Positions 36,149 to 44,539 of a DNA stretch of 64,000 nt are shown piece by piece. Positions within the stretch are counted from its first letter, which is position 1, and every line of letters begins with the position of its first letter. The stretch is from Patescibacteria group bacterium (lineage in GTDB: Bacteria; Patescibacteriota; Minisyncoccia; 2-02-FULL-40-12; GWA2-44-9). The position numbers and the translations under genes were made by a program. The notes under the pieces are model-generated. The model did not search any database. It had not been told where the DNA came from and was given only the letters and a program-made list of their open reading frames with translations. The stretch spans positions 21,983 through 85,982 of the forward strand of contig JBBTTB010000005.1 of the NCBI GenBank assembly GCA_038064455.1, given 5' to 3'.

Positions 36149-36292
36149 TTCTTCTCCTCGCCCTCCCGTTATTGTTATTGTAAAAGAATGGGAAGACTAT
36201 AGTATCTATATTGTGTTATGTCAATAGGCTCCTGATGGATGGCATATTCGTGGTCTTCTTAGTATGATAGTGCGAGATGCGGGTATAAAGAC

Positions 36293-37327
36293 ATGGGAGA
36301 AAAAACTCATTTTGAACACGTCGTCGGTGGAAGTGAGAAAGACAAAGGAGAGGCTATGGAATTTCTCCAAAGGCTTTTTTCAAAGCCACCTGAAATCTTG
36401 GCAGAATTTGAGCTTGAAAAGACTCCAGAAGATATTGCCGTTATTCATGAGGTCCAAGAGCTTGTTGATGAAATGGCTGCAAAGTACGGAGGTGCGCCGA
36501 AGCAACTACCGCTTGAGAACATACACCTTCTCAAGCCGGGTGCTGTATTTGAGCTTACACAGGGAAAGCTTCGCGTTGGCATTCATAGGTCCCTTTCTCT
36601 CCGCATCGGCGTAGAGAAGCGTCCATCAAGGATCCCTTTCTGTGGCACTCTTGCACACGAGCTGTTCCACGCACAGGGTTTTAAATCGTTCTATATCCGA
36701 CCAGATGGCAAGGGGACTCTCTATCGTAGTGGCATTCAGACGGTTGATCAAAAAGATCCTTCTGCGGAGCTCGGTGACGAGAAGATGTACTTTAGCCAGC
36801 TTGAGGAGGCAATTGTCACAGAGTGCGCACGGCAACTCGTAGAAACACTTGGGCAACAGGGCTTTTTTGGTGAAGAAGAGGAGGCTATGAGAACATTGCG
36901 TAATTTGGCGAATGCGCACCAGCGTCGTTTAGGCTGGACACAACAGCAGATGCAAGAGTTTGCGGAGGAAGTAAAATATGTAGAAGATCCAATACGCGCT
37001 CTGGAAACAATAAAAGTCGCGTATCCGTCTGAAGAGAAGCGATCGGCATATGCAGCCGGCCTTATAGAGGGTATGAAAAATCGCGGAGCTGTTGAGATGA
37101 AGGAAAGGTATTTTGAGCGTAAAAAGTTTTATAGACTTCTTGATGAGCTTATTGAGAAGTCACAGGGTGCATATACGCAACGATCAGAGATCTTCGCAGA
37201 GTTTGCCAAGGCACATTTCTCTGGACGCTATCTTCCGTTAGCGCGCATAGTAGAAGGTATTCTTGGCGAGGGGGCATTTCGGAGAATAGCGAATGATTTC
37301 AGCGAGACGCCAGGCAAGAAGAAATAA
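36293..37327 (+). CDS. Hypothetical protein with a zincin HExxH motif
   Basis: LAHELFH plus a downstream LEEAIVTE third-ligand helix. Confidence 0.7.
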   Translation: MGEKTHFEHVVGGSEKDKGEAMEFLQRLFSKPPEILAEFELEKTPEDIAVIHEVQELVDEMAAKYGGAPKQLPLENIHLLKPGAVFELTQGKLRVGIHRSLSLRIGVEKRPSRIPFCGTLAHELFHAQGFKSFYIRPDGKGTLYRSGIQTVDQKDPSAELGDEKMYFSQLEEAIVTECARQLVETLGQQGFFGEEEEAMRTLRNLANAHQRRLGWTQQQMQEFAEEVKYVEDPIRALETIKVAYPSEEKRSAYAAGLIEGMKNRGAVEMKERYFERKKFYRLLDELIEKSQGAYTQRSEIFAEFAKAHFSGRYLPLARIVEGILGEGAFRRIANDFSETPGKKK

Positions 37328-37337
37328 TTTCAACACC

Positions 37338-37760
37338 ATGAAACTCAACATCCAACTCTTACATTCAGATGCAGTCATGCCCAGCTACGCCAACGCTGGT
37401 GATGCGGGCATGGATCTCTACACCGTTTCGCGTGTGGTGATAAAACCAAAACAGCTTGTGGTGGTGCCTACAGGCATTGCGATGGCGCTCCCGCGTGGCA
37501 CGGTGGGGCTCATTTGGGATAAAAGTGGATTAGCGATAAAGCATGGCCTCAAGGTGATGGGCGGTGTGATCGATTCTAGCTACCGTGGTGAAGTGCAGGT
37601 GGGGATCATAAATCTTGGTACGAAAGCCGTAATACTTGAAGCAGGGCACAAAGTAGCGCAGATGCTTATACAGAAAGTGGAGCACGTCTCTTTTAAACAA
37701 GTCGCCTCTCTTTCCACCACGAAGCGTGGCGCCAAAGGCTTCGGTTCTAGTGGGAAGTGA
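37338..37760 (+). CDS. dut: dUTP diphosphatase
   Basis: DAGMDL, KSGLA, GVIDSSYRGEV and RGAKGFGSSG. Confidence 0.97.
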   Translation: MKLNIQLLHSDAVMPSYANAGDAGMDLYTVSRVVIKPKQLVVVPTGIAMALPRGTVGLIWDKSGLAIKHGLKVMGGVIDSSYRGEVQVGIINLGTKAVILEAGHKVAQMLIQKVEHVSFKQVASLSTTKRGAKGFGSSGK

Positions 37761-37964
37761 TTGACATATACCAATATATACTGTATATTTACACATGCAT
37801 ATGAACAATAGAAATCGCCACATCTATATCGCACTTACGTCCCAGAAAACGGTCTGGGGTTTTTGCCGTTATTCTGTTTATTTGACCAAGGCGATGTTGT
37901 TCTAATTTCTTTTTTATCAGTTAGTTCCCAAGAGCGCCTCGGTTAGATAGACCGAGGCGTTTTT
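37761..37964 (+). promoter_or_regulatory. Leader-peptide attenuator upstream of an MFS gene
   Basis: TTGACA-N17-TATATT, uORF 37795-37905, terminator 37934-37964 with a competing antiterminator segment at 37886-37893. Confidence 0.6.
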
Positions 37965-38003
37965 GTTCTATCTAAAGAGTTCTTTTACAAAAATGGAGGC
38001 GCT

Positions 38004-39104
38004 ATGACGCGAGAAATGCGTGAGACGGTGCGGTGTTACTTTGTGCTCCAGGCGACGACTGGGTTCGGGATGGCGTTTGTTGTTGCGTTTTATGCGATGT
38101 TTGATGTGTTTGGGAGAAAGTTCTCCTATGTTACCGCCTGTACGTTGCTTGGTGCGGGGATGTTCATCTATGGATCCGCCGACTCATTTTGGGGATTCAT
38201 TGCTGCGGAGATGGTGTGTGCTGTTGGTAGTACGTTTGCAAGTGGCGCATTCACCGCATGGCTTGTTGATCGTTTGCGCGGCCAAGGATTTACCGGGTCG
38301 TTAAGTCATATCTTCGCTCGAGAGCAGCAAGTGAACGGCGTTACTCGCATTCTCGCGGCGATTCTTGGTGCCGCCACGTCGAACCGAGACATGGCATTGC
38401 CTTGGTTTGTCGGTGGTGCATGCATGATCCTTGCGGCTCTTATCGCCACAGCGTACATGAGAGAAACAGATGCTCCAACTTTAAGGAGGTCATTGTCTGG
38501 TGGCGGGCTGTATGCAATGCGGCAAACGATAGTTTCTAGCGCATTACACATACGCACAAGCGGCGCTATGCGCTTTGTTCTCATCGCGAGTGCGGCGCAA
38601 CAGTTTGCCATGCAGGCTCCAAACATGCAGTGGCAACCACTCTTTGGAGAATTCCTTCACGATAGGATGTTTTTTGGCATCTTGTTTGGAGGAATTGTTC
38701 TTGCCACGATGGCTGGTGCAACGCTTGCGCCGGCATTTCTTCGCAACGTGAGAGACGAGAGAAGGGCAATCTTATATGCCCAAGTGGCTACCGGACTCTG
38801 TATCTGTGCCACAGTCGTTGCGTCGAGCTTTGGGTTTGCGCTCGGTGCTTTTCTCGCACACGAAGTTGCGCGAGGGCTCTTTGTGCCACTCAAGGATGTG
38901 TATCTGAACGACAACATCCCATCCAAAGAACGTGCGACGCTCATGTCGTTTGACCAGATTGCCCGACATATAGGAGGCATGATCGGGTTGTTGGTGAGTG
39001 GGGCGCTTGCACACTACGTGGCGCTCTCTACGGCATGGATAGTTTCCGGCGCGGCGCTTGTAGCTGTGGCGCTCGCACTATTGAGGAGAAGACAAAGAGT
39101 GTGA
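38004..39104 (+). CDS. MFS transporter, apparently missing TM2 (in-frame deletion; possible pseudogene)
   Basis: Motif A DVFGRK comes directly after TM1; SGAFTAWLVD and IPSKERATLMS; 366 aa. Confidence 0.75.
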   Translation: MTREMRETVRCYFVLQATTGFGMAFVVAFYAMFDVFGRKFSYVTACTLLGAGMFIYGSADSFWGFIAAEMVCAVGSTFASGAFTAWLVDRLRGQGFTGSLSHIFAREQQVNGVTRILAAILGAATSNRDMALPWFVGGACMILAALIATAYMRETDAPTLRRSLSGGGLYAMRQTIVSSALHIRTSGAMRFVLIASAAQQFAMQAPNMQWQPLFGEFLHDRMFFGILFGGIVLATMAGATLAPAFLRNVRDERRAILYAQVATGLCICATVVASSFGFALGAFLAHEVARGLFVPLKDVYLNDNIPSKERATLMSFDQIARHIGGMIGLLVSGALAHYVALSTAWIVSGAALVAVALALLRRRQRV

Positions 39105-39227
39105 CGTACAAAGCGGTGCGATAACATCAAGCCGCTTTTTCTTTGGTACAAAAGGCTTCGGCTCAAGCGGGAGGTAATTGACAGTATCTCTCTTTTAGTG
39201 TAAAAACTTACCCCAAGGAGGTGGAGC

Positions 39228-39497
39228 TTGAGTGAATACGTGCTACTTCGTTTGATGCGAGCCTCGGTCTTTCTGGCGACTGTCGTACTGCTTGGAGGGA
39301 GCGTCACCTCTGCTCTGCAAGCGGTCTACTGGGGCCTAGTGACCATCGAGAGGCGGTTCATCGGCGGGACCCAAGAGATGCACAGGGAGCTTACGTATCG
39401 GGAGGTGCGCGACAAGGCGCTCCTTGAGTCTCTGGTGATGAGTGCGTGTCTTCTCTCGCTCGAGGTGATGCGCCTGTTCCTCGGCGAGTACGCGTGA
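39228..39497 (+). CDS. Small orphan membrane protein in an autonomous cassette
   Basis: TTGACA at 39178, SD AAGGAGGT before TTG, terminator at 39500-39540. Confidence 0.6.
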   Translation: MSEYVLLRLMRASVFLATVVLLGGSVTSALQAVYWGLVTIERRFIGGTQEMHRELTYREVRDKALLESLVMSACLLSLEVMRLFLGEYA

Positions 39498-39568
39498 GGA
39501 GGCCCCGGTGTGCTGCATGCATATCGGGGCTTGTCTTTTTACTTCCAGGGGGCGTAGAGTGAGAAGGT

Positions 39569-40687
39569 ATGGCATTCCTTATAGGCACTTTCTATCGCCA
39601 TATTGTAAAACCCATTCTTTTTCTCTTTCCCGCGGATCGCGTGCATGAGTGGGCGCTTACCCTTGGCGCGTGGAGCGGCACTGTGGCGCCTCTGCGATGG
39701 CTCGTGCGTGTGTGTTGTGCGGTTACTGATCCACGACTGGAAACTACAGTCGCGGGCATCACATTTTCGAATCCCGTTGGTCTTGCCGCCGGCTTTGATT
39801 ACGATGGCCGGCTTATAGATATCATCCCGAGTGTGGGGTTTGGATTTCATACCGTTGGCACGATAACTAACCAGCCCTACGCCGGAAACCCACGCCCTAT
39901 GTTGGGCCGCTTGCCTCGCTCGCAGGCGCTTTTGGTGAATAAGGGGTTTAAGAACGCGGGCATGGAACACGTGCTCCAGCGCGTGCCACAGTGTGCCCAT
40001 GGACCTGTAGGGATAAGCATCGGTTCCACGAACCGCTCCTACCCTTCGTTTGATGCGGTGGTGGCGGATATTACGGGTGGTTTTCAGAAGGCGATTGCGC
40101 ACCCGCTCTTTTCTTATTTTGAATTAAACATCAGCTGTCCGAACCTTATTCATGTGACATCGTTTGCAGAGCGTCCGGATACGCCAGAAGGACTCTCGCG
40201 CATTCTCACCGCCCTTGCGGCGCTTCCCATCGTTTGTCCCGTGTTTATTAAAATGCCGCTGGAGCGTTCCTTTGAAGAAATAGACGCGCTTATTGCAATT
40301 GCAGAACCATTCGCATTCATTCGCGGGTTTGTATTTTCGAATCTTGTGAAAGATCGCAGTAACCCGCATCTTGACCATGAAGAAGTGGCACGTGCAGGGA
40401 AGGGCAACTTCAGCGGTGCGCCAACGCGTGATGGGGCGAATGCACTCATTGGCCACGTGGCACGGCACTACAGCAAGCGTTTTATAATTATTGGATGTGG
40501 CGGTATTTTTACCGCAGAGGATGCCTACGAAAAGATTCGTCTTGGCGCTTCACTCGTGCAGCTCATCACCGGCATGATTTATTTCGGCCCGCAACGCGTT
40601 GGGGAGATTAACCAGGGGCTTGCGCGCCTGCTTGCGCGAGATAGTTATTCTCATATCAGCGAAGCGGTTGGTGCGGCGCATCGCTAG
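39569..40687 (+). CDS. pyrD: Dihydroorotate dehydrogenase, class-2-like
   Basis: NPVGLAAGFD, VGTIT, LNISCPN and GGIFTAEDAYEKIRLGASLVQL; N-terminal helical extension. Confidence 0.92.
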   Translation: MAFLIGTFYRHIVKPILFLFPADRVHEWALTLGAWSGTVAPLRWLVRVCCAVTDPRLETTVAGITFSNPVGLAAGFDYDGRLIDIIPSVGFGFHTVGTITNQPYAGNPRPMLGRLPRSQALLVNKGFKNAGMEHVLQRVPQCAHGPVGISIGSTNRSYPSFDAVVADITGGFQKAIAHPLFSYFELNISCPNLIHVTSFAERPDTPEGLSRILTALAALPIVCPVFIKMPLERSFEEIDALIAIAEPFAFIRGFVFSNLVKDRSNPHLDHEEVARAGKGNFSGAPTRDGANALIGHVARHYSKRFIIIGCGGIFTAEDAYEKIRLGASLVQLITGMIYFGPQRVGEINQGLARLLARDSYSHISEAVGAAHR

Positions 40688-40707
40688 AGGTGTGCTACTA
40701 TACTGGT

Positions 40708-41208
40708 ATGCGTACTATTCTTGCTCTTATTGTCGTTCTTGTGGGTGGTGGGTTTCTGCTTTGGAAAGGCCTTGCGACTGCTCCAGAAAACGTTGGAGAT
40801 TATCGCAATGCAACATATATCATTGAAGGCGAGCGCGTGCAGTTGGTAGATGGCGAAGCGGAAGTAGGCTCGGTGATTACGCAAGCGTTTGGGAATGAAG
40901 CATCTGCGGATCTCACGGGGGATAGTATCCCTGATGTTGCCTTTATTCTCGCACAGCAACCCGGGGGCACGGGGACATTTTATTATATTGCCGTAGCGCG
41001 AGGAGTGGCCGGTGGTGGCTATGAGGGCACGAATGCTCTTTTGCTTGGTGATCGCATTGCGCCTCAAACAACAGAGATCCGTAACGGAACTATCATTGTA
41101 AACTACGCTGACCGTAGGCCCGATGAGCCCATGACTGCCGATCCAACGGTTGGGGTCTCTCGTACGTTTCGCATGGAAAGCGGTACTTTGAAAGAAGTCA
41201 CCCAGTAA
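40708..41208 (+). CDS. Exported hypothetical protein
   Basis: Signal anchor, YRNATY, GGTGTFYY and LLGDRIAPQT. Confidence 0.75.
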   Translation: MRTILALIVVLVGGGFLLWKGLATAPENVGDYRNATYIIEGERVQLVDGEAEVGSVITQAFGNEASADLTGDSIPDVAFILAQQPGGTGTFYYIAVARGVAGGGYEGTNALLLGDRIAPQTTEIRNGTIIVNYADRRPDEPMTADPTVGVSRTFRMESGTLKEVTQ

Positions 41209-41218
41209 GTAGATTGTT

Positions 41219-41464
41219 ATGAAATATCTTTTCTCTGAAATGGGAATAGGAAATAGTAGCCTCTTTTCTACGGAGATAGAAGAGGGAGCGAACGAGTGGC
41301 GCGTTTCAAAGTTTCTTCTGCCTAAAAAAATTACTGATTATTACATTCGCATCTGGATTTGGAGAAAGGTGCTTATCCTTTCGACAAAAGATGGCATGAA
41401 ATTTAAAACAAAGGATACAAAGAGGTTCAAGTTCCTACTTGGTATCGGCGGAGAGAGCGAGTAG
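41219..41464 (+). CDS. DUF3977-like small protein
   Basis: EMGIGN, STEIE and YIRIWIWRKVLILST. Confidence 0.6.
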   Translation: MKYLFSEMGIGNSSLFSTEIEEGANEWRVSKFLLPKKITDYYIRIWIWRKVLILSTKDGMKFKTKDTKRFKFLLGIGGESE

Positions 41465-41475
41465 GATATGAGTAT

Positions 41476-41682
41476 ATGAAGAACTACTTAAACATTCTGC
41501 TTGCAGTGTTGGTAGTTATCGTGCTGGGTGTGGTGTTCGCGTCTTTTGATAACGCGCCTACCCAGCCTCCTCGGTACGACTATCCTTGCACCATGGAAGC
41601 TAAATTGTGCCCAGACGGCTCCGCAGTAGGGCGCGTTGGGCCACATTGTGAGTTCGCGCTATGCCCAGGTGAACAGAGGTGA
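41476..41682 (+). CDS. Small exported protein with a CTxEAKLCPDG...GPxCEFxxCP motif
   Basis: TM anchor plus a four-Cys module that I recall as common in CPR surface proteins. Confidence 0.8.
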   Translation: MKNYLNILLAVLVVIVLGVVFASFDNAPTQPPRYDYPCTMEAKLCPDGSAVGRVGPHCEFALCPGEQR

Positions 41683-41741
41683 TTTTGCGGGTGGGGATAG
41701 CGCCTATTGACTTTTTTAGCGAAATATGATAGTATGACAAC

Positions 41742-41977
41742 ACTGAGCAGTAGGGCTCACCACCTCTCACTTTCAGGGCTTCAGAAAGCCAGTAACTCGT
41801 ATCTATTTCGTTAGATTCTAGCTATCTTTCAGGCAAACAGACTCGTAAGCTTTTCGCTTTATTTTGTCACTCGGCCTTTAGCAAACATAGTTAGGTATTG
41901 GTTTTCTTAAACACTGAATAGCTCGGTCATCTTCAGTTTGGAGAAACAAAAAGCACCACAATACGTGGTGTTTTTTG
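41742..41977 (+). ncRNA. Candidate ~190-nt rod-shaped RNA (6S-like size and shape)
   Basis: Promoter TTGACT-N17-TAGTAT (41707-41735); ACTGAGC/GCTCGGT closing stem; GAAAGCCAGTA/TATTGGTTTTC inner stem; terminator at 41946-41978. Confidence 0.45.
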
Positions 41978-41978
41978 T
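41946..41978. terminator. Bidirectional intrinsic terminator
   Basis: ACAAAAAGCACCAC-aatac-GTGGTGTTTTTTGT. Confidence 0.8.
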
Positions 41979-41979
41979 A

Positions 41980-42081
41980 GGGCCTAAGAGCACACGAGTA
42001 ATCTTACTTACCCAGCGACTTTCCCTTGCAGTACGGCCGCCCAGCTATCCCTTGCGGTACAACTTCCGTACTCTCAAACCC
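41980..42081 (-). ncRNA. Candidate ~102-nt structured RNA with two tandem GCAA-tetraloop hairpins
   Basis: 14-bp closing stem GGGUUUGAGAGUAC/GUGCUCUUAGGCCC enclosing GUACCGCAAGGGAUAG and GUACUGCAAGGGAAAG. Confidence 0.55.
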
Positions 42082-42193
42082 TGTATATAGGGTGCGCCTC
42101 TGGGAGAGGGCGTCAAGAATGTCCTTGTGGATAACGGGAGGATGCTTTACCACGCAGAGAAAATGTGGCATACTCGTATCTCCTTTTTTAGTT

Positions 42194-43660
42194 ATGGCAC
42201 ACGGAGAGTCTATTATCCGCTTTGAGAAGGTGTCCTTCGAATATGGGCACAAGAAACCCATCCTCACCGAGGTAGATTTTTCTATTCGTCGTGGTGCGAA
42301 AATTACGATTATGGGGCAGAACGGTGCCGGCAAGAGCACGCTGTTCCACCTGATTACTCCAACAGGACACGCAGGAGCTCTCGCTCCAGAATCTGGTTCA
42401 GTGCACCGTGCGCCCGGACTCACGATTGCGATGGCGCGTCAGGTGGTAGCGCGCAATCAGCTCGACATGACCGTGCGCGAATTCTTCCAGCAATGCTTTG
42501 CGCATAAAGTACACGATATCGATCCGAAAATTGACGCCGTGCTTGAGGTGGTAAATCTGAACGCGCCTCATGATCGCGTGGTGCGTTCATTCTCTGGCGG
42601 CCAGCAGGCGCGCCTGCTCTTAGCCTCTGCGCTCATTCAAGATGCGGATGTGTTGCTACTCGATGAACCAACGAATAATCTTGATAAAGAAGGCATCGCA
42701 CATTTGCGACAGTTTTTAGTGCAGTATAAGAAGACGTGTGTGGTTATCTCACATGATGCTGACTTCTTGAATGCTTTCACAGATGGCGTGCTCTATTTAG
42801 ATATCTACACGCGCAAGATCGAACAATACCAAGGCAACTATTTTAATGTAGTAGAGCAAATTGCCGCTCGTATCGAAAAGGAAAACAGTAAAAATGCGCG
42901 ACTTGCGAAAGAGGCAATAGAGAAGAAAGAGAAGGCAAACTATTTTGCCATGAAAGGTGGTCGTTTGCGCTTACTCGCGAAACGCATGCGTGAAGATGCT
43001 GCAGAAATGGAAGACGAGCAGGTGGATGTACGCAAAGAAGACAAAACAATTCGTCCTTTTACGATTCCGGCACAGCAGGGGCTCATCGGACCCGTGGTGA
43101 GCATCTCTGCGGTTTCTGTGATCAAGAACCACAAAGCCACACAAAAGAAGGTGAATGTGATTTTGCATAAAAATCGGCACCTGCTTCTCTCGGGTCCGAA
43201 TGGCATCGGCAAGAGCACACTCCTTGAGGCGCTTGCATCGGGTCACACAAAGGGCGCAGTAATCTCGCCGGGCGTGAAGATTGGGTATTACCGGCAGGAT
43301 TTTTCAACCCTACCGTTCGACCATACGGTGTTGGAATCATTAAAAGAGCTTAATACAGGAATGAGTGATGAAGAACTTCGTGGTGTCGCGGCGAGCTTCC
43401 TTATCACGGGGGATGCTATTTTTACAAAAATCGGCAGCTTATCTGAAGGTCAAAAGGGCTTAGTGGCGTTTATTCACCTCGTGCTCCAAAAGCCGGGGCT
43501 CCTTATTTTAGACGAGCCAACGAACCATATTAACTTTCGGCACATTCCGGTCATCGCAAAGGCGCTTGATGCATATCAGGGGGCGATGATACTCGTGAGC
43601 CACGTGCCAGAGTTTGTGCACCAGATTCGCATTGATGAAATACTCGAATTAGGGGAATAG
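42194..43660 (+). CDS. ABC-F family ATPase
   Basis: Two NBDs (GQNGAGKS/FSGGQ/LLLDEPTNNLD and GPNGIGKS/LSEGQ/LILDEPTNH); no TM; ATG 42194. Confidence 0.92.
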   Translation: MAHGESIIRFEKVSFEYGHKKPILTEVDFSIRRGAKITIMGQNGAGKSTLFHLITPTGHAGALAPESGSVHRAPGLTIAMARQVVARNQLDMTVREFFQQCFAHKVHDIDPKIDAVLEVVNLNAPHDRVVRSFSGGQQARLLLASALIQDADVLLLDEPTNNLDKEGIAHLRQFLVQYKKTCVVISHDADFLNAFTDGVLYLDIYTRKIEQYQGNYFNVVEQIAARIEKENSKNARLAKEAIEKKEKANYFAMKGGRLRLLAKRMREDAAEMEDEQVDVRKEDKTIRPFTIPAQQGLIGPVVSISAVSVIKNHKATQKKVNVILHKNRHLLLSGPNGIGKSTLLEALASGHTKGAVISPGVKIGYYRQDFSTLPFDHTVLESLKELNTGMSDEELRGVAASFLITGDAIFTKIGSLSEGQKGLVAFIHLVLQKPGLLILDEPTNHINFRHIPVIAKALDAYQGAMILVSHVPEFVHQIRIDEILELGE

Positions 43661-43724
43661 TTGACGAAGTGGTGCATATGTGACAAAGCCCCTTGCGTTC
43701 TTCAGAAAGTGGTATACTAAGGGG

Positions 43725-44213
43725 ATGAAAAACGCTATAATTTTTGTTCTCGTAGTACTTGTTTTGGGCGGTGCGGGGTATCTTCTCAAGGGAGAATATG
43801 TGGATACACCAGAGGAAGCGCAGCAAACACCAGTGGGTGGCACGCTGAACATGAGCGGCAAGGGGCTTACAAAGGTGCCATCGTATGTGTTTGACGCTCG
43901 TGAAGTCGCAGTATTAGACCTTTCGAACAACGAACTTTCAGGCTCGTTGCCCGCTGAAGTTCGTCAACTCCAGAACTTGAAGGTGTTAAATTTGAGCAAC
44001 AACACGTTCAGTGGAGTGCCTGCAGAGATCGGCCAGCTTACGAATTTAGAGGTGCTTGATCTTTCCAACAACAAGATCACAGGGCTTCCAAATGAACTCG
44101 GAAACCTTTCAAAGCTCATAACACTCAATATCTCCGGTAATCTGTATTCGGAAACGGATCTCGCAGGTATCCGTGCGCGCTTGCCAGCGTCAGTAGTCAT
44201 TAAGACTCAATAG
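43725..44213 (+). CDS. Membrane-anchored leucine-rich repeat protein
   Basis: Repeats of LxxLxLSNNxLSGxLPAE; N-terminal TM. Confidence 0.9.
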   Translation: MKNAIIFVLVVLVLGGAGYLLKGEYVDTPEEAQQTPVGGTLNMSGKGLTKVPSYVFDAREVAVLDLSNNELSGSLPAEVRQLQNLKVLNLSNNTFSGVPAEIGQLTNLEVLDLSNNKITGLPNELGNLSKLITLNISGNLYSETDLAGIRARLPASVVIKTQ

Positions 44214-44245
44214 ACAGTCTACGCGTCTGCGCCTAGCCCCACTCT

Positions 44246-44536
44246 ATGTTTAAAACTTACCTTACATACATACGAGACAACCCACAGCACCTATGGTTTA
44301 AGCGAAAGTGGTTTGGATGGGGCTGGACGCCGGCAACGTGGCAGGGGTGGTTGGTTACGGTTGTCTATATAGGGTTGCTCGTACTGTTCGGTCTTACTAT
44401 CGATGATGATTCGCCGCGTCGTGAAGTTATGTTTTTATTTATATTGCCTGCTCTTTTTCTTACGATAACTTTTTTGCGCATTGCATATAAAACAGGGGAA
44501 AAGCCACGATGGCAGTGGGGCATGCCTAAAGAGTAG
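44246..44536 (+). CDS. Small membrane protein
   Basis: WFKRKWFGWGWTPATWQGW, two TM, GEKPRWQWG. Confidence 0.75.
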   Translation: MFKTYLTYIRDNPQHLWFKRKWFGWGWTPATWQGWLVTVVYIGLLVLFGLTIDDDSPRREVMFLFILPALFLTITFLRIAYKTGEKPRWQWGMPKE

Positions 44537-44539
44537 CGG

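Noticed and set aside
41734-41814. 26-aa leader peptide MTTLSSRAHH... for the ABC-F gene
   Set aside because: Its ATG lies inside the best -10 hexamer, so it would be upstream of the TSS. The ABC-F gene appears to have its own CATACT -10 near 42169.
42126-42134. Perfect DnaA box TGTGGATAA as a replication origin
   Set aside because: It is a single box with no cluster, DUE or dnaA/dnaN nearby. Near-matches at 35827 and 60683 are also isolated.
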